Assembly: GCF_032062105.1 (NCBI RefSeq)
Contig: NW_026934432.1
Span: 248,001 to 312,000 of the forward strand
Origin: Saccostrea cucullata
Lineage: Eukaryota
Length of the DNA stretch: 64,000 nt
Direction of reading: 5' to 3'
Shown: piece by piece, positions 53,301-64,000 of the stretch
How the letters are laid out: every line of letters begins with the position of its first letter
Position numbering within the stretch: position 1 is the stretch's first letter
Translations under genes and position numbers: made by a program
Notes under the pieces: model-generated
Database searches by the model: none
Seen by the model: the letters and a program-made list of their open reading frames with translations, nothing else
What the model was told of the DNA's origin: nothing

Positions 53301-53818
53301 GATGCAGGGACCCCCCTCCAACACTTTTACTGAACAACAATTTTTACTTTTTTTTCAGTTTTCCCTGATAATAATCCTTCTTTTCAAAATCCATCCTATA
53401 AAAAAGACTGACATTATATCTTTTTTTCACGGCAACTAAAATAGATTTAAAAAAAAACATTTCAAATTGATACGACTAGTAAGGTTTATTTACATTTTAA
53501 TTCTGCTTTTTTCTTGCATTTGGCTAGGACTTAAATAAATGCAAACAAGTAGTAAACTGTAGCATTTTATCAGTGAATCATATAATAAAATAATTATTGC
53601 TGTTTTTGTCGGTCAATACAATGATTTAGCCATCTTCGAAGTACAATATTCACCTCGTCTTTCGAATATTGTACTCCTCAGATGGCTAAATCATTGTATA
53701 GTATTATTTTGATTCGAAACCTTGAAACAATCAAAATATTTTTTTGTTAATGAATATAAATATAACGTAAGTTTAAAAAAAGATGTACATTTCAACACTT
53801 ACATTGGGGAATACCCAT
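50313..53818 (-). CDS. Paralog D: divergent type I membrane protein with CUB-like ectodomain, 221 aa as read (tail possibly frameshifted)
   Basis: Exons 53818-53803, 52800-52726, 52504-52293, 51999-51861, 50536-50313 in frame (666 nt): MGIPQCILEILLATLFVSCLCD..TFGTDCNV..EICVKSSKFHDPDCAVEL..FNCQATETFCSK..VLSIVIPLFLFLVTGIFLAFCFFCNRRRR; the donor at 52292 is weak (gtgttg). Confidence 0.82.
51580..51723 (+). repeat. Solo partial copy of the YR-element left terminal repeat, in an intron of gene D
   Basis: TTGTACA.TTGTGATGAGGAAAGAAA..ACACCT.AATATAT..GACATATAAGCAAA..TACTTTGAATAT..CATCT.GTCA.AAACCAGA matches 6260-6405. Confidence 0.8.
53050..53700. mobile_element. Hairpin-ended non-autonomous element (Crypton-like, tentative) in intron 1 of gene D
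   Basis: Hairpin at 53616-53699 ATACAATGATTTAGCCATC..GATGGCTAAATCATTGTAT; ATTGGCTG motif near the other end. Confidence 0.55.
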
Positions 53819-54879
53819 TTGGACAATCTATATGAGATAAAGTACATCTTTATTATTAATATTTTATGCATTAAAAGTAGAAAAACTTGCACAAACCTGG
53901 ATATGTAAACATGATGGATCCGCAATTTCTCTCAATCTGACAATTATTGTTGTACATGTATCTATACGTATATATATCATTGAATAATAACCGGATACAC
54001 GAACTCAATAATGCAGTCAGTATTTAGGACGAATTTGAATTTGCAGTAAATGTGTAATTGTAGATGAAGAATATCTACCCCCGGCACAAGATATTTAGAT
54101 TATGCATTTGATTAATAATACCATTTCATAGTGTAGTCCTTAAACACATTTTTCTATGTTCTTTGTTCTTCAACAATATCTTTTCTAAAGGATAAGCAGT
54201 GGTTTATTGTCCGTGAAGATGTTGCACAATGGCATACTCATTTAATAAAAAAAACTTTCATTGACAAAGTTTACTATCGAATCAATATATCTGGCATATG
54301 AAACAAAAGATGCAAAATCGTTGCGCATGCGTATTCAGGTGCCAAAAATAAAAAATTATACATAGTGCAAATGCATATGTTATATAATTATAATGAAAAA
54401 GAAACCATTTGAATGACCAAAATTCAGTTGTCCAAGAAAATTATACCACATTTCCTTTCAGTTCCAATTTACACTGGAATTAGGGGACGAAATAAACAGA
54501 TCTTCTGGTTGAATGACAAATTCAAATCGAAATGACTTTATCAGACACATGACGTAAACGTACTGTATATAAATCTGATTTTGTGTCTCATGTAATTATT
54601 ATATCAGTAAAACATGAAGATAATGAACATCAATCATGCGTAAAAGTATTTTGAATCAATCAAAAGCAGAAAAAAACAAGGATCACTTAAAACAATACAC
54701 ATTATATGCGCGGAATTATCCTTGTATTCGGAAAATCCGTATTCAATGCAGTTTGAAAATAATGGTTTTGCAACTTGTATGAAACTCATCGGGCAACATT
54801 ATACTTCATAGGCCGTACATGACGACGAGTTCATTATGATCGACCATAGACTCTGCGAAATGTTGAAGTTTCAGGGAAA

Positions 54880-55470
54880 TATAGTTTTTGTCCTATTAGT
54901 CCGTTTGTCTGTCTGTCTGTTATTCTATCTGTCTAGCTGTCTTTTTATTTGTTCTTCAAAACTTTTACCTTTCCCATAACTTTTGAGAGGATGGGGATAT
55001 GGTTTTCATATTTCACAGGTGTTTTCTTTGCTACAAAATGTTTTTGAGGGTACCATTAACTTTGACTTCTTCTCCTTGGAGTTTGACCTACTTTTACAAA
55101 CAAAATTCCGAACTTTAATCTTGCCCAAAACTTTTGAACAAGTTGCTAATGCTATAATACGACACATGTGTATATATCATGATAAGACTTTTTAGTGGGT
55201 ATAAATTTTTTCGATAATTTGACCTTGACCTCAGAGTTTGACCCACTTTTAAAACTTTAACCTAGGTCATACATGTACCTATTGAACAGTAAGAGCTAAG
55301 GCTTTCTTATTTCACTGGTATATTTCTTCTAACAAATCATTCCTTTGTGTACCAAACAAGTTTGACCTTTTGACACTAACTTATGGAGTTTGACGTGTTT
55401 TTGAGAAAACTCAACCCTCATCACTAGCTGTCACAGGGGGCAGCGGTGTTTCCAAAATACATGTTGTTTC
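54880..55470 (+). mobile_element. Helentron-associated (HINE/pearl-like) non-autonomous element
   Basis: GTCY microsatellite at 54900-54940; tandem TTTGACC-rich units; 3' GGGGGCAGCGGTGTTTC..ACATGTTGTTT end. Confidence 0.65.
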
Positions 55471-55763
55471 TAGTTACTAGTATTTTCCCCAATTATAAAC
55501 ATCACAGACATTTAGCTGTATATAACACCATTCATAGGTCTGATGCATGTGATGTTTTAACAGCCCTAGATTTAATACCAAAAAGTCCATGTCATGTGCT
55601 TGCAAATCGCAACTTTTCCTTTTCTCTTTTTCAATCTTAGCTCATGTGAAAAACCCATCGTTGATATTACAGGATCATATTAACACTTTGTAAAATATTT
55701 AATAAACCATTAACCATAATATAAAACATAGTTTCCTTTTTTTCTTTTTCTTTTATTGATAAC

Positions 55764-56857
55764 TCAGTGTACAAGCCAACCACTAAAACTGCACCATCCA
55801 CCATGGGCATAATTCCCATAGGTTGTTCTTATGTTCACGTGGTCACCAGCGTTAAGTTTAACCGGCACAACCTGAGTACAACTGAGATAACCGGTGGTTG
55901 TCCCTTCATTATTACAGTTATCTAGCTCATGTCGAACTCCATTGACTAGCAATTCTGTGTCAAATGTTTTTCCTGGTGCGGTCAGGTTTTCCCAACTGAA
56001 GACGTATAACCCTGTAACGGGCGCGGTGAAGAAGCCCGTGGATGGGTTGTAGGCTTTATGGCTGTCATAATGAACACCATTATATACCACGTTTGTTTGA
56101 CGGTCACGAGGAGGGGTGAATGTGTTGGTAAGGAATGCAGAAAAGTAAACTGGATTGGAGTCTAAATTGTGAAGAGAGATAACAAATAGGTGAAAACAAG
56201 TAAGAACAAAGGCTAATAGTCATTTTATTACATAAAATCACTTGTGAAATTAAATTTATGCGAAAGTCAATTAAACCTTACTTTCATATAGTTCAAAAGA
56301 TAAGATAGGAGAGATATGTAGCAAGGCATGCATTCTCAAGTCAAAATGAATTCCACAATGCAGTCTGCTCTGCTTTTAATTTTTTATAAAAGACAAAAAT
56401 CACAAAAAGACATACACATTGGTAAGGCTAAAAGAAATTTGTTTTTATTTAAACTATAAACTTAAGTTGTCTTCTGTGGGTTATGCTAAAGTCTCGGCCA
56501 TTTTTCTAAACCACCTCTACACATATCCTTGGTATATCATTTCTCTGCTTTTGAATTTTGTTTCAAATAATGAACACAATGCACAAAAGTGACAAAGATA
56601 AAACGTTAAATACAAATTATTTCATAAGAATATCATATGCTTAAAAAACATAAGTGCAGGTATAACATACTGTATGTTTCAACTGTTGCGAGTCTGTTTG
56701 TGAGTTGCTGAACGGTGGCCTTCAGATCCTGTACAGTGGCCTCCAAATGAGAAATCTTTTCGTTTGTAGCCTGGGGATCTGTAACAAGAAGCCGCTGGAC
56801 TCTCTGTCCGTGACACAGGGCAATTGCACTTAGAACAACAAAATTTGTAACTAACAT
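55764..56857 (-). CDS. Secreted C1q domain-containing protein (signal peptide, coiled coil, gC1q), 194 aa
   Basis: Exons 56857-56671 and 56161-55764 (phase 1, GT-AG, 585 nt); PVYFSAFL, AYNPSTGFFTAPVTGLYVFSW, VKLNAGDHVNI, SFSGWLV; heptads ISHLEATVQDLKATVQQLTNRL. Confidence 0.95.
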
Positions 56858-58460
56858 AGTACTTATCTAACTAGGATAAGTGAATAAATGGGCAAAGGTC
56901 TGCAGAATTTCTATTTATGTATATCGTGCGTGTTTGTTATCATTTATTAATAGCTAACATATGAAGTCATTTTCGAATAGAGACAAATAAGTAAGGATTT
57001 TCACGACTAAGATTTTTAGTTTCTCCAGTTTAAGTTTAATGTCAAAAATGAACAAAAGGATAACCAGATACTATATAAATATGAAGGCTTAAATTTAAAC
57101 GTGAAATTATTGAAGAAATCATCAAGCGACGCTAATTTATTCATTAAATCTCAAATTCATTTGCCTGCTTTATTACATTTTCACAAGTGAAATACTTTAA
57201 TTTATTCATTGTATAAAAATGATATCCAGTCACAGTGTGTAAGGATATCAAAACGATATCCTTTCACAATATGACAAATATCAGAAGTGCGGTAAAACCC
57301 TCGATTTTCCTTCCCATAACGGGGAATGATGTAACACATCTTCCTTGACCTGATATGATAGAAAGAAGTAAATACCCTCTATTTTTACGATCCTTGTTTG
57401 TCTTACGAGTCGACAGTGGCTAGAGCCTTTGGTCTAGTGTCGCCCATCATAGGGTGCATCTTTACATAGGCAAGACAACTTAAAGAAGAATACTGGATTT
57501 GAAAACTAGGCACAGTCTACCTCTATAGATGAAATGTCAATGTCAATAGCATTTGGACTGATTCTATTCCACAGTTAAACTGGAATGTAATGGGCCTTTA
57601 AAATATTTTTTACGAGATAACCATTAAAGTTTTCACCATTTTCAAACTAAATTTTTATCCTTTTAACTCGTATCTCTGCTTATACATGTAGATAATGGAA
57701 ATCTTATTTTTAAATCAGTACGTTTTAGGGAAACAAATACAGCTGGACCAATCCGTTTTCCTTAAGCAAAACAAACACGGTGCCACGGAGGAGTAAGCAG
57801 CGTCTGTCGTTTAAATTCCCTTTGTAATGATCGAGAAATGGTCAAATCTAGCGTAGTTCCCATTTCCACTACGCTGTATTGTTCGATATAAAGAGATTAT
57901 GAATGGAGTAGATTGATTAAGAAATAAATTGAAATTAAATTGAAAAAAAAATGCACACACAAAAAAAACCCAAAAAATGATAACATCCCATCTTCTTTTA
58001 AATAGAATAAGAGATGATAAGACACGAGAACATTTCAACTTAGGAAAAATTCGTATCATATGTCTCATGTTTAATATCATTTCGCTTTTCATGGGTTTTT
58101 ATATTACCTCTACACTGCTCTATACAAGTGAATAAAAGTGAAGCTTAAGATGCATGGTACAATATCCTTGCGCCTGATGCAAGTTTTATTTTTGATTAGT
58201 TGACTTTGATTACCACTAACCACGCGTCAAACTGCTGTGATTTTTTATAGTTGTCAGAGGTACAAGTTAGGAATGTAATTAAGGAGTATGTGCCTTCACT
58301 AAGCATTTTCCCTGTTTTTTTTTTCAAAATTGCTGTGCGTGTAATAAATCCAGGACAATTCTTCATGATAATACTATAACCATGTAAAAACTAAAAAAAA
58401 TAGACAATGTATAAAACTTTGCATAACGTTGTTCGCATCTTTTTAATGACTATTGAAATG

Positions 58461-61178
58461 TCAGTGCACAAGCCAACCACTAAAACTCGACCATCCACCA
58501 TGAGCATAATTCCCATAGATAGTTCTTATATTCACTAGGTCACCAGCATTAAGTTTTACTGGTAAAACCTGAGTACAGCTGAGATAACCGGCAGATGCCC
58601 CTTCGTTATTGCAGTTGTCTACCTCTTGACGAATTCCATTTACTAGCAATTCCGTATCAAATAACTTTCCCGGGGCTGTCAGATTTTCCCAACTGAAGAC
58701 GTATAATCCAGAGACGGGAGCTGTAAAGTATCCAGTGGATGGGTTGTAGGCTTTATGACTGTCATAATGAAGACCATTATATACCACGTTTGTCTGGCGG
58801 TCACGAGGAGGGGTGAGTGTGTTGATTAGGTATGCAGAAAAGTAAACTGGATTGGAGTCTATCGTGTAAAGAAAAATATCAAATGATTAGAGTGTTTTGT
58901 ATTTATATAAATTGAATAACAAGTGATGTTTGTCAGTCTCAATGTTATTCATTTCAAGATCATTCAGATGACATGTTCAAATGAATTATTCTTATTGATC
59001 TAATATCATAAATAAGGGCTGTGCGAATCAATCTTTTTAAATAGATTGTATTGTATAGTGATTTTTTTGTTAAGGATAAAGAAATCATTTTAAATTTTGA
59101 GAAAAGTTTTTACATGTACATGTACAATTTCAGATTACAAAAACTGTACATGAGTAGTGAAACACGTTTTACATTTATCAAATGTATTCAAAAATTGAGT
59201 AGAATTCATTCATTGTTTGATTTCTTCATTATTATACATGCATGCTATATAAATTGCAAATGCTGAGGCACATTTTTTTTACGTTTACAACCAATGGTCT
59301 TTATTTGTTATGAAAACTATACACTTCAATAAATCCATAAACATTTAACTATATATGCAGCTAAATGTATGTCAAGGCAATACTAAGATTATTGTAAAGA
59401 TTAGAGTCTTTCTTTGAAAGTTCAAGTAATATAATTTTTACGAGATCTATTTTATATATAGTCAAATTGAATACAATGTATCTCGTTTGAGCTTTAACAT
59501 ACCCACGTAAGTTGAACCGTTTTCTAAGCCACTTATTAAAAAAAAGCATTTGGCTTCCATCGATGAAACATTTCAAGATGAACATATCGGTAGTCTTGTA
59601 CACAAGGTGAAATTTCCGTTGGGTCTGATTTTCGTTGTTTTCGAGGAAAGCTAATACCTACTTATTCTTGGCCACCACGAAATGTAAAATTTATAATGCA
59701 TTATTACTCAACACTTCTCCAACCATGAATTCAAATCCCTGGTATATATCAATGATTTTATCCCAGACTTCGAAAATTCGTCCTATTGAAATTTGTGATT
59801 TTACAGCATTTTTAACGATACAACACGAACACACTTTATATGATGAAGGCAATATTTTTAAAATATAAAATGCAAAAGATTATATTTTGGACCAAATTTA
59901 AATCTAAGTTCCAAGGACGGTCTACACTGTTACGAATAAGGTGTTGATTTTATACACTGATTATAAAATTCTAGTTATCCTTTATTCAACCAAAATGATT
60001 TTTATGATGGTGAACAAGTATGTAATTTTCATGGTGTTTTGTATGCATACAAGCCATTATATTTCATTTTACTGGTATATGGGCCAAATATCACAGTATT
60101 TTTTTGTAAAATGACTTGGAATTTATTTTCACTGATTTTAAGAACATTTTCACATTTTACAATTTTTCCAAATCTTGGAAAGTATGATTGTTAAACATGA
60201 TATTCCAAAAATGGGGGAATACATATTCAAAGGAGTGTTTTATAAAATTTTTGTTGTCAACCATGATAAAATATTTGTGTTTTTTGTTAACCTCAATTTT
60301 AATTATAAATAATTTGAAAGAAAAAATAGCTTGTAAACAGTTCATATTTTGAAAATTAATTTAAATTCAGTATCCTGTGATTTTTATCTGATGAACGAAG
60401 ACAACCGTATTTTAAATATTTTAAATATTTTATCTAAACTGATTTGCTTTGGTGTATTAAGAAATAAATTATGATCGAGATCATACTTCTTTGTGAATGT
60501 TGACTGTTGAATTTTGAAAAGTATATCTTCAAGACAGGTTGCATGAAGAAAAGCATACAAAGCAATGTATTTTATTCATAACTGGTTCCTTTGTTTGTTT
60601 TGTAAGTTATTTAATATATTCAAATGAAATAATTTATAGGTTGTGAAAGACACTGACCTATCTTAATGCAAAGAATTTACGCAGAGTTATATGTAAAGTT
60701 ACCTTAACCTTTTCAAAGAAGAATAAACTTAAGATTACAGATTACGAAATCTATAAACAAGTACTCTGTAAAAAAAAAACCTATTTGTTTTCTAAATTAG
60801 CAAGCAAAACTTTATATTGTTTGCCATTCATTTTGCATCATTGAAGGTTTTAAGCAGTTTAAAATCTAACGGTTTTGTACGTGAATGTTTCCTCACTCGC
60901 GAAAATTAATCGTAGCGGATTAATATCAAACTGACGAATTGCGAAAAAAGGATGACGGAAATAGTAATTGGTTAACAGTACATTTACATACTGTGTTTTT
61001 CAATTGTTGCAAGTCTCTGGGTAAGTTGTTGAACAGTGGCCGTCAGGTTCTGAATAAGGGTCTCCACATGAGTCATTCTTTCGTTTGAAAACTGCGGACT
61101 TGTGACCAAAAGGCGTTGGACTTTATGTCCGTGACAAACAACAATTGCACCTAAAGCAACAATATTTGTTACCAACAT
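58461..61178 (-). CDS. Secreted C1q domain-containing protein, tandem paralog, 194 aa
   Basis: Exons 61178-60992 and 58858-58461, with the same exon lengths as its neighbour (187+398 nt); AYNPSTGYFTAPVSGLYVFSW, SSFSGWLVH. Confidence 0.95.
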
Positions 61179-61219
61179 GGTATTTATCTATATATCTAGA
61201 ATAGAAGCGGAGAAAGGTC

Positions 61220-61226
61220 TTTTATA
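61220..61226 (-). promoter_or_regulatory. Candidate TATA box of the upstream C1q gene
   Basis: TATAAAA on the minus strand, ~42 nt upstream of the ATG at 61178. Confidence 0.45.
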
Positions 61227-61864
61227 CCTCTTTTTTTATTTCCGCATAAAATGCGTGGTTGTTTTCAATAATGTTAGATAATAGGATCCTTGATTTATAT
61301 TGATAAAGGATTCGGAAATAGAATGAAGGTGAAAATTGTCAGAAAACATTAAAGTATGCAATTAGATTATGACGAATTAAACTGGGAAACGAATTTGCGA
61401 GGAAAAAAACAGCAATTATGATTATAATTGAATTTATGTATTAAATGCGTTGTTTATGTATTAAATACGTTATATTTTCATGTGTGCGATGGTTTATGTA
61501 ATAGATATTGCAGGCTGGGATTTTACGCCGGTGGGATGCGAAATTCCAGCCAATGATTAGCGGGCTAGGATCATGTGGACAGTTGAGCGGAACACTTGTA
61601 TTTTTATTCCCACGCTGTCCACGGTATTTTTGGAATCACGTATATTTTGAAGAACCGCCACCGCCCCTGCAATCCTACCTCTCGCATTCTTATAAATTGT
61701 ATAAGGTGGATATTTGTAATTATCAATATGGCCCAGTTGGTGCCCTTTTGTTTTGATGTGCCATCTTTTTGCTATATTTTTCTTAAAATAATTGATCTTA
61801 TTGTTTTATAGGATTTTTTTCTTTTCTCACACATGCCTCAATTTATGGCAAGGTTGTCCGATTT

Positions 61865-62110
61865 TTGATAGATTCTGGGGCAACCATTAGCATTCTATCC
61901 TCAGAGATCCTTCATTCTGTTTTGGGGTCTTTTTCAAAACTTAATGAATTGCGGAAGCCAATAGTTACTGCAGACGGCTTACCACTTAAAGTGGATGGTT
62001 TGATTGTAATTCCCTTTAAGTTGGGAAATCAGAGTTTCGAGAGAATGTTTGCAGTAGCTCAAATAGGGGTAAATGGTATTCTTGGTTTGGATTTCTTGAG
62101 GGACCACATC
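61865..62110 (+). pseudogene. Ty3/Gypsy-type retropepsin (aspartic protease) fragment
   Basis: LIDSGATISIL catalytic motif, IVTADGLPLKVDG flap, GILGLDFL; no RT or integrase downstream. Confidence 0.85.
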
Positions 62111-62424
62111 TTTGATACATATGCATCCATCCATGTATTTTTTTTTTGTAGGTATATGCATATGTATCAAAGATTTTTTTTAGTGGTAAGATTACAGAGA
62201 CTATAATAAAAAAAAGTCTTTAGACGCTTCTATTAAGATTCAATATGAGTATTATAATCAGAGGACCTTTCTTATTTCTAGAATACTGCATTGCTCCGAG
62301 ATCAATTTTGAATGCAATGAGACTTTTATGACTTCTTTGATTTAAAGAATTCTAAGTTAAAAGTGTGAAAATTTTCAGAACTTAGAATGCATTATATTTT
62401 TCGGCGTTTGTTAGCTGAAGATTT

Positions 62425-62830
62425 CACTGGTTTCCAGAATCAGGAAACTTGATGGAATCGGAGCGTATTGGTTTCCGTGGAATGGAATCTTGGTGGAATC
62501 TTTAGGTTTCCTTTAAGGGAAACTACATGGAAGCTTGGGAAACCTCACGATTCCTAAAGTTTCCGTGACTCAGGAAACCACATGGAATCGGAGCGTAGTG
62601 GTTTCCGTGAAATGGAAACTTGATGGAATCTTAAGGTTTCCTATTACAGGAAACTACATGGAAGCTCGTGAAACCTTAGGATTCCTAAAGTTTCCTTGAC
62701 TTCGGAAACTATATGGAACTTGTGTACCAGTTTCTGTGTGGCGGAAACTTGGTGGAATTATCTGGAGTCCCATTCCTGGGTTGAAATTACTGGGAAACTT
62801 CAAGATTCCCTAACTTTTCTAAAGGAAGCG
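62425..62830. repeat. ~130-bp tandem repeat (about 3 units) built from GGAAAC..GTTTCC sub-units
   Basis: Units start at ~62443, ~62573 and ~62704; the first two share ATGGAATCGGAGCGTA.TGGTTTCCGTG. Confidence 0.8.
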
Positions 62831-63837
62831 ATGTGAAATTATGTGTATTCTTTTCAAAAATCTATCAAAAAAATTATTACATGTAAGAGAAAAAAGCATT
62901 ACAATTTTATATGGTTTAATAATTCATTTGATGTACAAAAACTGTAACGGTATTTTTCAATGATATCAAAATACTAAATAAATTCATATATCTTAGATAA
63001 ACAATGGAACAGTTTTTCACATTTAAGTCCATTCATAAGCGTCATTAAGTACTTCTTTCAACATCAGTTCCCTGGTATTTTCTTCACATCACCTATGATC
63101 TGCAATATTCATACAAAATTATCATATGATGTGTCAGAATTATAATGCTTGAATATAACTTAGAAATCTGAAAGGTCAGTCAATGTTCTTTAATATACCA
63201 ATATCAATAATTACTTTCTATGACCATGATACATATGATTTCAGCATTTAATGTGTCTCTTTAAAATTTAATGCTTTATGATAAGGAAAAAATATTACAT
63301 AATATAAATAATGTTTTCAGCCTTATTATGTAATTGAGAATATATTACAATTTCATAGAACCCTGCTTTAAGTTGAATTAGTTTGAGAGGAAACATACTC
63401 TTTATAATAACAAAAATATTAGAGAGAGAATTTTTTAAAATTTTGATATTTGACCTTAAAAATTGGTTGAAGATCATTGCAGACCCTCCACCCCATTGCA
63501 TAAAAGCTAGATACACCAAGGGAGAAATATACTCTGGACTATGACTTTGAATAAAGATATACAGTACATTTTGATACTGACCTTTGACCTAGAAAATTAG
63601 TCCAAGGTCACTCTTCATCCTCTATCCACAGGCTCTCTGTAGTTTAAGTTTGAGAGAGAAATATGCTCAGAACAAGTGATATCAGATGGCGTGATGGGTA
63701 GACACACTGTCTAAGGGCATCCACAGAACATGACTCTAAAAACAATGCAATATATATGTATTACAGTATAGATATACATGTACTTCGAATGTCTTTACAT
63801 AATTCTACAAATGAAAGGAATTGATAATATGAATTAA

Positions 63838-64000
63838 GGTCAGATGAGACGTTCCTCAAAATCTGTTTTGTATATCTTCGTAATGTATGAAAAATATTTA
63901 TAATTCTATTAACATTCTGATTTCTAAACCAGTTTCTAAACGTTTATAAAAGATCCAAACACTTAAACATTTAAAATTGAAAAAAAATTTCCCAAAGAAA
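63838..64000. mobile_element. Kolobok-like MITE, inverted copy of 38192-38513, cut by the window end
   Basis: TTAA-GGTCAGATGAGACGTTCCTCAAAATCTGTTTTGT.. is the reverse complement of the end at 38513. Confidence 0.85.

Noticed and set aside
62425-62830. CRISPR-like appearance of the GGAAAC/GTTTCC repeats
   Set aside because: The spacers are themselves repeated, the context is eukaryotic, and there are no cas genes

Overview
AT-rich, intron-containing eukaryotic DNA. The repeat content and C1q genes suggest a bivalve mollusc, probably an oyster (inference). All six host genes I could build are on the minus strand. (1) A tandem cluster of four paralogous, uncharacterised single-pass membrane-protein genes, here called A (16393-22871), B (27019-30354), C (37090 to at least 37835) and D (50313-53818). 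A, B and D encode a signal peptide, a 6-Cys CUB-like ectodomain, a TM helix with juxtamembrane Cys, and a Tyr/Pro-rich tail. The tails of A-C end in PPSYDEV. B and C carry tandem YxxQ hexapeptide arrays, C has no visible ectodomain exons, and D appears frameshifted at its PY motif. (2) Two tandem secreted C1q-domain genes (55764-56857, 58461-61178). The rest is mostly mobile DNA: a decayed DIRS/Ngaro-type tyrosine-recombinase retroelement whose flanking repeats share an identical 25-bp lox/dif-like core, an RTE-X-like LINE in an intron of gene A, CR1, Tc1 and Gypsy-protease remnants, TTAA (Kolobok-like), EnSpm-like, Tc1/mariner and Harbinger-like non-autonomous elements, tRNA-derived SINEs, Helentron-type repeats, and long hairpins capped by GNA/GNNA mini-loops. 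Gene models were built by hand from splice signals and phase; no database search was run.
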